From NCBI GenBank assembly GCA_951406725.2, contig OX597835.1:30752001-30816000 (forward strand): DNA of 64,000 nt, in the 5' to 3' direction. This DNA comes from Octopus vulgaris. Lineage: Eukaryota. The notes under the pieces were generated by a model that was given only the letters and a program-made list of their open reading frames with translations, ran no database searches and had not been told where the DNA came from. A program made the position numbers and the translations under genes. Shown here one piece after another: positions 1 to 13,336 of the stretch; position 1 is the first letter of the stretch; each line of letters opens with the position of its first letter.

Positions 1-54
<54 letters not shown>

Positions 55-71
55 TTTTTTTTCTTTTATTA

Positions 72-138
<67 letters not shown>

Positions 139-310
139 ATTTTATTACTATTATTATTGTTGTTGTTATTATTATTATTATTCTCCTTGTGGTTGCTGTT
201 GCTATTGCAGTTGCTACTTCTCCCCTTCTCCTCCTCCTCCTCCACCTCTTCTCCTCATCCTCCTCATTATTATTATTATTATTATTATCATTTTTATCAT
301 TATTGTCGTT
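1..310. repeat. (ATT)n microsatellite with degenerate CTC/GTT triplet segment
   Basis: Direct tandem triplets. Confidence 0.95.
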
Positions 311-316
311 ACGACA

Positions 317-527
317 GCGAGCTGGCAGAAGCGTTAGCACGGCGGATTTAATGCTTAGCGGCATTTCTTTTCGAACCTTTACGTTCTGCTTTCAGATTCC
401 GCTGAGGTCGACTGTGTTTTTCATACTTTCGGCTCTGAGAAAATAAGTACCAGTTAAAAATTGGGGTCATACAATCGACTTAACACGCCACTCTCCGAAA
501 TTGCTGGCCTTGTCAAAATTTGAAACC
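317..527 (+). mobile_element. tRNA-derived SINE, family A (degenerate)
   Basis: gcgagctggcagaagcgttagc head, gaggtcgactgtgtttttcatactttcgg...ataagtaccag core shared with many copies in the window, followed by (ATT)n. Confidence 0.85.
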
Positions 528-605
<78 letters not shown>

Positions 606-609
606 TTTA

Positions 610-951
610 TATGAAAGCTCAAAACTTATTTTGCTGGGTATGATGGAAAGTGTCAGCTGTCGACAGCTAGCACACTAAGGTGGTACTTATTTATTGATCA
701 TGCTTCAAGAACCTTGCGAAGAATTCTTGCAGTTCCAAGCAATGCTGATTTTTGTAGGTCTTCTATCTTCACACTTGCACCGATCTTTCTCAGCCATGCT
801 GTTAGTTCAGTGCTGATAGTTCCAAGAGAACCAATTACTGTTGGTATCACGTCTACTCTCCTCATTGACCGCAACCTTCGTATTTCCCACTTTAAATCGT
901 CGTAGTTGTTTTTTTTGGGTTTTTTTTCTTCGTACACATTGAGTCTTTTGT
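610..951 (-). mobile_element. R4/Dong-clade non-LTR retrotransposon 3' end (RLE C-terminus and 3' UTR)
   Basis: Translation YDDLKWEIRRL..VIPTVIGSLG...LQKSALLGTARILRKVLEA* matches the R4/Dong C-terminus; the 3' UTR runs into (TAA)n. Confidence 0.85.
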
Positions 952-1019
952 CATCATCACCATCATCATCATCATTATCGTCGTCGTTGTTGTTGTTGTT
1001 GTTATTCTTAATATTATTA

Positions 1020-1232
1020 GGGCGGCGCCTTGGTTGACTGTTTAGCACTCTGTACAAAATGCTTAGCAGCATCCAGACCGTCTTGCATTCTGGTTTGACA
1101 TTTCATCGAGGTCGACGTTCCCTTTCACCCCTTCGAGGTCGATCAAATAAGTGCCAGTTTAGACGGGGCCATCGGCAATCGACTTGCCGTCTCACCCAAA
1201 ATTTCAGGCCTTGTGCCTGTCGTAGAACGAAT
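1020..1232 (+). mobile_element. SINE family A (degenerate)
   Basis: aaaatgcttagc, gaggtcgacgttccctttcaccccttcgaggtcgat and aaatttcaggccttgtgcct motifs. Confidence 0.75.
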
Positions 1233-1515
1233 TACTACCTGAGTAAAAGAGTGCGGCGCAGATCTCTGGTTGTTGAACCAAGTATCGTAAGGTCGTGGTT
1301 TGGTTTCCTGGAGCGGGTAGCGCATTATGCTCTTAAGCAAAACGCTTAGTTTCACGTTGAACCTATCCACTCGGTTGTAAACGAGTACTATTTAAATAGT
1401 TCAGCTCTGCCAATCTAGGGACCATTCTTGGTGTTTTGTCGTCATCTAAAGAAAGATGAAAGAGGATCGTGACGTGTTTCCAGCATAGTATGCAAAGAGC
1501 TGGGAATGGGACAAT

Positions 1516-2188
1516 TGGGCGTAGCTGTTTGGACGCTGGTGATTTGGTACGGCAGATTGGATATTTAGCTTGTTTTGACAACAGTACGTTTTGGTGGGCA
1601 CACGCACTCACCCACATACACGTACATACATACACAAACAAACACACACATACACACACACACATAGAGACTCATACATGCACATTAACATAAACACTCT
1701 CTTCAGAGACTTAGAGAGAAGTATGTTCACATAAATAGAGAGTGAGAGAGAGAGAGAGAGAGAGTGAGAGAAAGTGTGTCTGTGTGTGTGAGAGAGAGAG
1801 AGAGAGTGAGAGAAAGTGTGTCTGTGTGTGTGAGAGAGAGAGAGTGAGAGAAAGTGTGTCTGTGTGTGTGTGAGAGAGAGAGAGTGAGAGAAAGTGTGTC
1901 TGTGTGTGTGAGAGAGAGAGAGTGAGAGAAAGTGTGTCTGTGTGTGTGAGAGAGAGAGAGTGAGAGAAAGTGTGTCTGTGTGTGTGAGAGAGAGAGAGTG
2001 AGAGAAAGTTTGTCTGTGTGTGTGAGAGAGAGAGAGTGAGAGAAAGTGTGTCTGTGTGTGTCTGAGCGAAGAGAGCGCGAGAGCGAAAATGAGACAAACA
2101 TCAAAAACGTCTGATGTCAAATAAGTCAGCGTCAAATAACCAACACCAAAGAGGCGGTGACAAAACGGCAACGCCACAGCGTCTCTCA
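1516..2188. mobile_element. Degenerate MITE-like element with inverted sub-repeated ends and internal microsatellite
   Basis: Left end is rich in (t)ttgg/ttttga sub-repeats and right end in ccaaa/tcaaa sub-repeats; related copy at 4378-4900. Confidence 0.45.
1737..2062. repeat. Compound minisatellite, unit of about 38-42 bp ((GA)n-gtgagagaaagtgtgtc-(TG)n), about 8 copies
   Basis: Near-identical tandem units. Confidence 0.9.
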
Positions 2189-2729
2189 TAATCGTGCATA
2201 TCTGAAACAAACACCGCAAAGTATTCTATCTGGTATTCTAACCAATCTACCAATTCATTATCTGGTTCCACCGACCACCTTTCAAAAACAAAAAGAAAAA
2301 TAGCCAGAAAATAAAGAAATAAGAAAACCGAAAGTAAAATGAAACCATCTAAGAAAAAAGACCCCTCCCCTAAAAAAAAACAAACAAACAGAAATTAAAC
2401 CACGTTTATTCAATGTGTGACACCTCATTTTTTAGCCATTCATCCTGATCTTTCCTTCATCGAAATTTTTACTTAGTCTGACGTCCTGCTCCCCCGTTTC
2501 TTGTCCCTTCCTCTCTCCATCACTCCATCACTCGCTTACTCACTCAATCTGTTCTCTTCCTCTTGCCTCTCTCTCTCTATCTCGGTCTCTCGCTCCCCTC
2601 TCTTTCTCCCATATTGTTCTTCCTCTCACTCATACCGCCATACATAACACACATTCCATTTTACTTATTGTTTCCTGATAGTCATCGTTCATACTTTTCC
2701 ACACTTTTCGTCTCCATGTTCTCACTGGA

Positions 2730-3355
2730 ACCATCACTAACACCACCACCACCGCCATCACCACCACCAGCACTACCTCCACCACCATCCACCATCAGCA
2801 CCAGCACCACCAGCACCAGCACCAGCACCACCACCACCACCATCACCACCTACACCACCACCAGCACTACCACTACCACCATCCACCACCACCACCAGCA
2901 CCACCAGCACCAGCACCAGCACCACCACCCCACCACTCCAACCATCCCCACCACCACCTCTACCATCACCATCACCGCCAACACTTCCAATACTAGCACC
3001 ATCGCCATCAACACCACCACCAACAGCAACATCAATATCATCACCACCACCACCAATACCAATATCAACACTATCACCACAACAGCTATCATCACAGTCA
3101 CCACCATCCGTCATTGCCACTCACCACTGACACCCCCACCACCACTCACCACCACATACCACTACCATGACCACTACCACCACCACCATCACCACCACCA
3201 TCACCACCACCAACAACATGCCAGTCATTGCTTCTGTGACCAACACCACCACCACGCCATCACCTCCAGCACTACCACTATCACCACTGACAGCATTATC
3301 GTCATCACCAAATCACCACCACCACCACCACCACCACTACCACTTCCACTACCCC
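2730..3355. repeat. Degenerate (ACC)n low-complexity tract
   Basis: ACC/AGC/ATC triplets. Confidence 0.9.
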
Positions 3356-3425
3356 ATGAATAATATCCTTTCATCACTTGCTTGTCTGATAACGAACAAG
3401 CAGGAAGGCATGAGAAGAGACACTC

Positions 3426-3460
<35 letters not shown>

Positions 3461-3569
3461 ATCTCTTTCTCTTTCTCTCTCTTTTTCAATTTCCCTCCAT
3501 CTCTTTTTTTTCACCCCTTTTCTCCTTCCCCCTTATTCTCTCCGCAAGAAATCCCCTAATAAGCCCTTT

Positions 3570-4170
3570 TCTGCTAAACCCACCCACCTACTTACCAATA
3601 GCTAACCTCTGTAGATTTCTCTTCAAACCTTCAATGGAACCTCATTCATCATACATTCAGCCACACGGAACTAGTCTACAGTTTATGGAGGACTTTCAAC
3701 AGAATACTTCCACTATGACCTGATTTTCCGTTTCTCAAGATTCAATTTCACCTGAAACCCTTCTCCTTCTCCTTATTCTTCTTATCCTTGTTTATATATT
3801 TTCACTATTTATTCACCTGGTTCAATCTACATCTATTTTACGGAGTTTATTCCTGTCTGGTTCAACTGATTCTATTCTTCCTGAGAACATCCATCGTTTT
3901 GAAAGCAATCACTTTACGATTTCCTACATTGACAATCTTTCTGGTTGCTCTACTACCTACAAATAAGTTATTCTTACACGATTTTGTCCCCAACAGTCCA
4001 CTATAATATAAGGGAGTAGAAGGAATGTAAAGAGGAGATCTGCAAATTTGTAAGACATCGATTAACGACAGAAAGATTAAAGGACTGGATTTATGATGAA
4101 TTCAGGATGAAAATTAGACGAAGACAATGAGTTCCAGAGAATAACAGATCGAATTTCGTGGGCACCGTGA
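3570..4170. mobile_element. Highly degenerate CR1/L2-like LINE remnants
   Basis: Minus strand about 4040-4160 reads RSVILWNSLSSSNFHP, like the LWNSLP..VFP C-terminus; plus strand about 3580-3800 weakly resembles RT. Confidence 0.35.
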
Positions 4171-4377
4171 CCCACTTGCTGACAAAACAGTTCCAAAGCG
4201 TGTATAACCAGCGTAGCCAATGGCCAGCCTGTCCAAGACTTATAATTTCTATACCGTTCCATTATCTTTGTATCCAGTTCCTCCAAGACAGATGAGGTTC
4301 ATGAAATTCCCGCTCAGCATAAACAGCTGTAAATATGTTTAGTCAAAGAGCCGGAATATGTTTGGACAATTAACGAT

Positions 4378-4900
4378 TGGGTGTAGCTGTTTGGACGCTA
4401 AAATCCTGGTGCAGTTGGCGGGACATTCGGTCTGTTTTGGTGACAATAATTTTTGGTGCTGGCGATAGACACAGACAGAGAGACACACTTTCACACACAT
4501 GGACATATACACACATGCACGTAAATGAATAAATGCACACAAAGGAAGAGTGGGAGAAAGAGAAAGAGGGGAAGGAGGAAAGGAGAGAGTTGCGCGTAAA
4601 GATAAATATGTTCACGCATATAAAAACAGAGTAAGAGAGGAAGAGATAAGGAGGGAGGGAGAAAGAGGGAGAGAGAAGAAGAAAGACGGTGTGAGAGGAG
4701 AAAGAGGAAGAGAGGTGAGAGCGAGAGAGACAGAGGGGGGAGAAATAGAGAGGGAAAGAGAGGGAGGAGGGAAAAAGAAAGAGAAGGTGGTTGGAGGGAG
4801 AGAAACTGTAACATGCTTGATACCAAATAAATCAGCATCGACTAAGTGATGCCAAATAAGCGGCGCCAAAACGCTTGTGCCAAAACGCCTCATACTCAAC
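4378..4900. mobile_element. Second copy of the MITE-like element with internal purine-rich tract
   Basis: tgggtgtagctgtttggacgct matches 1516 tgggcgtagctgtttggacgct; right end gccaaataagcggcgccaaaacgcttgtgccaaaacg. Confidence 0.45.
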
Positions 4901-5401
4901 AAGTGACCGCTCTTTACTTCTCTTTCTCTTCCAGTCATGTTGCTGTTTGTGTCTTTTCGTGTCTCAAACCTGAAGACGTATTTTTAAAAAGCGTTCCTAT
5001 AGTGACCCTGCCTCAATCTTTTGATAGAAAGTTTAGTTCTAATACCACGGTATCCATTTTATCCTTCTCGCTTTAAGACAACCAGAAAAAAATTACAAAC
5101 CGGACAGAAGATACCTCATTGCTGGTTTTCCTTTCGAGAGATCAGTAGAGATCTATCTCAATTCTATACTCACATATGGATTGGGAAACCGCTTTAAAAA
5201 ATTTTTGCGGTGATTTGAAACAACTTGATTTCTCCCATCAATAATATCTAGTGATATCTAGTGCACATCAATGCTATAACATCCAATATTACCAATATCG
5301 GTAACACTAATAGTTAGAGCACATGAATAACATCAAAACTGTTTCACATCTATATTGTTTTGTTTTTTTCTTTTTCTGGACATACTTCAGTGTTATACTA
5401 A

Positions 5402-6022
5402 GAATTACATGGCCAATTCTTGAATCAAACAGATTAACTGATGGCAACCAGAAGCAAGAAGCTAAATCACTGATTATAGCTGCTCAAAGACAAGCCATTG
5501 TAACGTAATTTATAAAAGGTAAGTATTGATAAGCTCAGGCAAAGGACAAATACAGAATACGTAGAAAAGGGGACGAAATATTTCGCCACCTGCCATATGA
5601 GTGCAGTAAGTTAGCACGAAAACAGAATAAACATAGGCAGATATGAATGTGTTTTCAATAGAGTACACTGGAATGTTCGATAAGTTTATGAATCCTGAGG
5701 AGCGAAAAAGTGGTATAAACAGAAGTCAGATTTAAATGATGATTCCAGGAATTACATGATATCTCCATATAGCTGCAGCAAAGGGAGCAGATATGATCAT
5801 TGAATAATAAAAATAAAACAGTATAGGATCATAGACTTTGCGATACAATATAATATTAGGGAGGATACCAAAGAAATTGCGAAGACTGAGACGTGAGGAC
5901 CTAGCTAGAGGGATGAAGGGATTGTGGAAGATAGAAGTGACAATTGTTCCTATGGTAATTGCTTCACTGGACACAATAATTTATCTAAGGGACAAAAAGA
6001 TATGGGAATTGAAACCCGTATA
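5402..6022 (+). mobile_element. Degenerate R4/Dong LINE fragment (zinc-knuckle and RLE region)
   Basis: Pieces LHGQF, SLIIAAQRQAI, ECSKLA, IIDFAI and DLARGMKGLWKIEVTIVPMVIASL, with stops and frameshifts. Confidence 0.8.
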
Positions 6023-6361
6023 TTCCATTTTACTTATTGTTTCCTGATAGTCATCGTTCATACTTTTTCCACACTTTTCGTCTCCGTGTTCTCACTGGAA
6101 CCATCACCACCAAATCTACCACCACCAGCACCACCACCACTACCAACAACAACAACAACAACATCAATATCATCTCCAGCACTACCATCATCACGAAGAC
6201 GACCACCACCACCAGCACCACTATTATCATCATCAGTATCAACACTGTCACCACAACCGTTATCATCACAATCACCACTACCACCACCACACCACCACCT
6301 GCAGAAAAGTTCAATCATGTAATCTGCGAGAATCCTACGAAAGATTCTTGAAAATTGAGGA

Positions 6362-6524
6362 GGCGTAGGGGTGGCTGCGTGGTAAGTAGCTTGCTTACGA
6401 ACCACATGGTTCCGGGTTCAGTCCCACTTCATGACACCTTCAGCAAGTGTCTTCTATTATAGCCTCGGGCCGACCAAAGTCTTGTGAGTGGACTTGGTAG
6501 ACGGAAACTAAAAGAAGCCCGTCG

Positions 6525-6615
<91 letters not shown>

Positions 6616-6820
6616 CTGTGTTTTTCCGCTCCCAACATCGCTTGTCAACCGATGCTGGTGTGTTTACGTCCCCGTAACATAGCTGTTCGGCAAAAGAGAC
6701 CAATAAAATAAGTGCTAAGCTCACAAAGAATAAGTCCTGGGGTCGATTTTCTCGACTAACAGACGGTGCTCCTGGTTGTCCACAGTCAAGTGTCTGAAAC
6801 AAGTAAAAGTGTAAAAGAGT
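6362..6820 (+). mobile_element. tRNA-derived SINE family B with internal (TA)n(TG)n
   Basis: Head ggcgtaggggtggctgcgtggtaag (A-box) and gggttcagtccc (B-box-like); CORE-like accttcagcaagtgtctt; tail ctgaaacaagtaaaag. Confidence 0.92.
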
Positions 6821-7194
6821 AACCAAACTTCAAGACAACATGTTAGGGGACTAAGGTAGCGTGTAATAGCCTCATAGTAATAATGATGTTAATATATCCA
6901 TGATGGCCTTTATACTCCAAATGGCTGGTATTTGTATGTCTTAGTTTCTTTGGCATTAGGTGGAAGACAACTAAATATTCATCTGCTTTAACAAGCTATC
7001 GGCATATAATAAGATACCAGGCCATTTAAAAGGAAATGATTTTCTTAATATAAACTAAACTAAGATGCGCGATATTTTGTATAGGGTGTAAGCTGTTGTA
7101 ACTTTTGTAAATTTAACAATCCCCTACCTACAGTTGTGGACGGGAGCACTGATCTCCTACTACAACACAGCTCACACACACACACATACACTCA

Positions 7195-7254
<60 letters not shown>

Positions 7255-7571
7255 CACACACACGTGTGACTCCCAGAAATCGATAGTGCATACTAATAGC
7301 CACACCTTGTTATCTCACTTCAGCCAGTGAGTAATGCTAAGTAAAGTGTAAAGTGCATTAGATGTCTCGGAAGGATCAAAGATAGGAGCAGTCATCTTTT
7401 AAGTGCACGAAGACTATAATGACGAGTGAGGCGGCAGAGAAAACCCAATATGACCAGCAGCTCAGAAATCACTGTAAGATGCGTGGTGCATCAAGGGCAC
7501 ATCATTGACGAAATACAGACTTGTGACCATCTTCTGTGGAAGTGATCTGGCTCCTGCCATGTACATAATTG

Positions 7572-7872
7572 TTTGTTCCTTCTCAAGCCATCCCTGGCTC
7601 ATAAGGGTCGAATTCCCGGTTCCCTTGGCGTATAGGTTCTCCACCTGGACGGGACGCCAGTCCGTCGCAGGTGAGCAGCCAGATGCAGGAGGAAAGAGTG
7701 GGAGAAAGTTGTGTGAAGGAATCAGCAGAAGTTCGCCATTAACTTCTGCCAGAGCCGCGTGGAGCTTAGGTGTTTTCGCTCGTAAACACACACATCGCCC
7801 GGCCTGAGATTCGAACCCACGATTCCGCGACCGCGAGTCCGCTGCTCTAACTACCAGCCATGTGCCTCCAGG
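7572..7872 (-). mobile_element. tRNA(Arg-like)-derived SINE, family C, with 12-bp TSD
   Basis: Minus strand ggaggcacatggctggtagttagagcagcggactcgcgg...gggttcgaatctc; TSD tgtacataattg at 7560-7571 and 7873-7884. Confidence 0.9.
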
Positions 7873-7924
7873 TGTACATAATTGCACCTCTAATAAATCA
7901 TGGGCTTTAAACTAACCTAATGAA

Positions 7925-8270
7925 GATCCTTGATGTTCAAACTGCGGGGCGTCGATGAAGTCTAAGGATGGAAAACGCAGGTGTGAATATCAGAATTCCA
8001 GCGCTGATTTTGGCTTCCTTCAGCTGCAAATCCGCTTCCATTGCATTACAATATTCACAGACATTGATAGTGTGTGGACACAGATGTCGGAATACAGATT
8101 GCCTTATTCGTGGAGTATTCCGTATTCGAACCACCTACCTTCTTGGCATGTGGTCTGGTCTGGTCTGTTCTGATCTGGTTGTTGCTATCTTCGATATAAA
8201 CACGCCTGATTTTGACGCTTTTTCTAGAATCTCAACTAAATCGCCGTTTAATGCCAACCTTCACACGTGA
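7925..8270 (-). mobile_element. Degenerate RTE-like LINE fragment
   Basis: Minus-strand pieces resemble the post-RT region of RTE (L.YGCE.W ... CLR.IL.I.W). Confidence 0.45.
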
Positions 8271-8684
8271 CTACAAACTATTCCAATGGAAATGACAGTA
8301 GAACAAGCTTAAGAGAGCAAACACAGTGAAAGACAAGAGCAGTGATGGCGACTACGTGGGGTTGGGTCGGGTTGGAATGGACGTGAATGTAGCGGCAAAA
8401 ATAAATGAATAAATGTATAAATGTCTTCGGACAATTATGTGAAGTGGACCATTAACAAGAGACTAACTGAACTGGACGCACTGACCAATAGATAGTTGAT
8501 TAGTTAGGGAGCTATAAGCAGTAAAATTTTCCCACTCCCAATTACGCTTAATTAGATGCGTCTCGTTATGTAAAGCAATGTTTAATGCTTATGGACTCGT
8601 GTTGGAAGCAGTTTGTTCGAAGCATTAGCTTCGTAAATTGTTTCATAGGCTCCAGAAATCTATTAGATAACGGTAAATGGTAAA

Positions 8685-9270
<586 letters not shown>

Positions 9271-9496
9271 GATATGGTGAGGCTGCTGATTAAAACTGTA
9301 TGTATTTCTAAATCTAAGCAAAGACACGTTTGCATGAATACGTGTTCTCTTTTAAAATTATTATCCATGTGTCTGTACGTATCATCGAACTCGTGTATCA
9401 AAACTAATTGTACGCACGCACACAAATACACACATAAACACACACACACAAACACACGCACACATGTGTGCGTGTCTGTGTGTGTTTGTGTGTGTA

Positions 9497-9648
9497 TGGC
9501 TGTGTGGTTAGACGCTTGCTTCCATACCACATTGTTCCGGTTTCACTTTCCTGTGTGGTAAATCGGGCAGGTGTCATCTACCATAGCTTCCGGCTGACCA
9601 AACGGCTTCTGATTGGATTAAACAAACTGAAAATGGAAGAAGTCTCTC

Positions 9649-9689
<41 letters not shown>

Positions 9690-9892
9690 TGTGTTTTGCA
9701 CTTGTGTTAGTCTCTCCCCACTGCTTGGCAACCGGTGTTGGTGCGCTTGCATCCCTGTACATTATCCGTCCGGCAAAAGAGAGTAATAGCATAATTACCA
9801 CCCTTTTAGAAAATAAGTACCGGGGTCAATTCGTTTGAGTAAAAGTTGATGTCCCAGCATGGCCGCAGTCTAATGATTACAACGATTAAAAG
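9497..9892 (+). mobile_element. SINE family B (degenerate)
   Basis: tggctgtgtggttag head, internal (TA)n, cagcatggccgcagtc tail. Confidence 0.8.
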
Positions 9893-10419
9893 TTATTCAT
9901 CGTCCTCTCTCTCTCTCTCTTTCTCTCTCTCTCCCTCTCTCTCTATCTCTCTGTATATATATATATATATGTATATCAAATTAAGCAACAAGGATATCCA
10001 AGGTAGATATTGTTTCATGCTACTTCATTTTTTTAAACACTGTAAGTATGACATCAGCTTTAAAATGTCGAGCAATCTTCAGTCACATATAGAATTTTTC
10101 AATTAAACGGACAATGCACATTCTTGAACTTATACCATTCGCCAACATTAGGGTAGATATATAGACAGAGAGGCTAATTTCTTCACTAAGAACATGATGG
10201 CAGTATGTTCATTCTCCTTCGAATATATATATACTTGTATGTATGCATACACACAGGCACAGACACACACATATTGTTGACGTCATAATAACCTGACCAG
10301 TGAGTGTGATAAATTAATAAGGCACTGAAGGAGAATGACTCTCCCCACACAAAATAAAGAGGAATAATTCCTTTTTGGAATTGATTATAGAAGTACATAT
10401 AAATATGCCATAAATATGG

Positions 10420-10750
10420 CATTTAAACAGTGAATTAGAAAACCCGATTGGACGGAAAATTTTGAAGATTGTCTATGAGATTTGAACTCACATCTGTAAA
10501 CATGGGAGAGATTGTACCATTGTACCTAAGATAGCATTTGAATTTCTCCATCCGTTTCAGAAACGTTGTTCTTACCAGCGAGAATTTATAAACTATCGAG
10601 AGAACATGATGGAGTAATTTGAAGGACTGGTGTAGACCAGTGGTAGAAAGCCTGATATGTCTACAGGAGATGTGAGTTCAACTCCCACGAGTAGCCTTCG
10701 ACATTTTATAACCAAAAGGCATTTTCAAAGCAATATTTACAAAATGTTTA
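10420..10750. repeat. Imperfect palindrome with two divergent tRNA-like heads
   Basis: ttgaactcacatct (10482-10495) is the exact reverse complement of agatgtgagttcaa (10668-10681), and arm similarity extends both ways; A-box-like tagaccagtgg and B-box-like gagttcaactc. Confidence 0.7.
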
Positions 10751-11574
10751 ATTATACCTTTATATCCACCTCGTGACTCAATTCCCGAAAATTTTATTTA
10801 TATATACATACACACACATACATATACACACACGCACATATATGTACATATATATATAAACATTATCGGTCGCACATACATCGATACATGTGTTACTGTG
10901 GGATGGTGTCCGGAGAAAGCTTCCTGCATGACACCGAATGTTAAAAAACACCTGAAGATCTCAGAACAGGCGAGTCAAATCTCTTAATCTCTGAGATTGG
11001 TAGTTCGTCAATATTATGGTTTATCAATACGATATATTCGGATTATCTCGAAAGGAAGTGAACCACTAGATCGGCAGTGATGGTAGGAATATCAGATACG
11101 TACGTCTGACATTCACGAGCTTTGCTAGTAGCATGTACCCAATGGCAACCGCGTGCCAAGAGAAAATCCTTTACTAATGATATAAGAGAGTGATTGACAA
11201 ATGACTGATCTGTGAAATTCGCCGGTTGGCTGAATAGAAATTCATTACGTGCAACAAAAAACAGTATTAGTTTAGAATAACCATCTCTGTATGATAATTA
11301 ATGCAGAAACAATGCAGACAGTTAGATTAACTGCGGTATCAATATCTCTTACGGACGTGTTGTGTGGATACCTGAAATGGACAAAGCCCCAAAATGAAGA
11401 AATGCACATCCAGCATTCCCAAAAACGGTGGTGCATGATATTGGTCAGATAAACTTTTGCCTAAAGAAACACAGAAACAATACAGATCTTTCTACGTTCC
11501 CCCCTCTCTCTCCCTATATATATACATATATATGTAGGCATGTATATATATATATATATACATATATATAAATA

Positions 11575-11921
11575 TATTAATAGTTATCGCCATACTAATA
11601 TGGCAGTCTAAATATAAGACTAAAGCTGTCGCTGATTAGCTCCAAGAGGCCATCGCCTCTAGCTAGCTATATGACATACGAACCTGCGTCCATTACAACC
11701 TTCGAACAGGTCAGCCGCTTCACCTTGCTAGTCAGACATCTGCAGACATGTTTCAGGGTTGTTGCCCTTTATCAATGCAGCGTAGTCAGAACCAGCAGGT
11801 GTCACTACTGACCGTCTGTTCGAAGAATTTATTTACCTAGTTACAGACGGTCAGTAGCGATACCTGGTGGTTCTGACAACGCTGCATTGATAAAGGGCAA
11901 CAGCCCTGAAACATGTCTGCA
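11575..11921. mobile_element. Penelope-like fold-back (inverted pLTR-type) element in (TA)n
   Basis: 79-bp arms 11741-11819 and 11843-11921 differ at 5 positions, with a 23-nt spacer; each arm ends in a hammerhead-like motif. Confidence 0.75.
11883..11921 (+). ncRNA. Variant minimal type I hammerhead ribozyme motif
   Basis: tgca-TTGATAA-agggc(aaca)gccct-GAA-ACATGT-C-tgca; the core differs from CUGAUGA at two positions; mirrored copy on the minus strand at 11741-11779. Confidence 0.6.
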
Positions 11922-12045
11922 TATATATATATATATATATGTATGTGTGTATATATATATATGTATATATACACACACACACACAATATATGCATGTGCA
12001 GTTATGTATGTATGTATGTATGTATTTAAGTATGTATGTGTCATT

Positions 12046-12200
<155 letters not shown>

Positions 12201-12517
12201 ATATATATGAACATATAGATATACATACACGCACATATACTGGTCAATATGTCTGATTAAAACAAAACCTAATAAATAAATGAATATAGATTTATAGGTA
12301 AATGATTAAATGTTTACTTAGATAGGCAAAGCGCACAAAGAATCACTACCGTATACACACGCTCATACACACATATACACACACACATGTACTACGCATA
12401 CACATATACATACGCACGATCGTTTACATATATATTCTATTTTCCTCTTAACGGTTTATAGATAGATGGACAGAGACATATAAATAGAGAGATAAATATA
12501 CAGATATATATGTATAC

Positions 12518-12579
<62 letters not shown>

Positions 12580-12697
12580 CTCGTATAAGAAAAAGACTTT
12601 GGATAACAGCATTTTACAACTGTGATAGATACAAGCTAAAAGTAACAAAAGACACTTAAATTCTTGTCTTTATCTCTATTGTAGCTGTTGTTATTCA

Positions 12698-12764
<67 letters not shown>

Positions 12765-13125
12765 GTTGTTGTTGTTGTTATTATTATTATCATTTAACCT
12801 AAGTGAAATTCAGTTCCATTGAATTACCTGACGATAAACGCTATCAATTGAATAACATTTATTTTTTTTATTTCCTCCCCGCCCAAATTCAATACCAATT
12901 TTAGGGGAAAAATCTTGATTGAATCTAATGATAATTCAATCAGTTAGGAGAGACAGATTTTGTTGTTCACTTGGTAGAACGATGTGGTACCGTAATTCTT
13001 ACAAACAGAATATAATGGCAGCTCTTTATATTGTTATACAGCGAAACTCATGAATTTGGATAGATTCGTAAGCTATGGGAAGAAGAAGGGGGAATACGGC
13101 GTATCGGGTAATTCTTGCACCTAAT

Positions 13126-13221
<96 letters not shown>

Positions 13222-13288
13222 GATAGATAGATCGATACACAAGGAGAGAGGGACAGAGGGAGAGAGCGATTGTTATAAACACACAAAC

Positions 13289-13336
<48 letters not shown>

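Noticed and set aside
2563-3363. 266-aa Pro/Thr/His-rich ORF, and similar ORFs at 22155-22847 and 8566-9145
   Set aside because: Translation of trinucleotide microsatellites that are open in several frames on both strands; no domain or splice evidence.
4020-4040. miR-1-like ggaatgtaaaga (also tggaatgtgaaga at about 46762)
   Set aside because: Only a partial match and no precursor-length hairpin.
7800-7869. tRNA gene
   Set aside because: It is the head of a SINE with body and TSD, and the acceptor stem is not intact; the same applies to the other SINE heads.
10950-10998. CTGAAGA followed by a hairpin
   Set aside because: No GAAA or stem III follows, so it is not a hammerhead.
11220-11450. 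Faint mariner catalytic-domain resemblance (ITCNKK, like ITCDEK)
   Set aside because: Too degenerate to support without an alignment.
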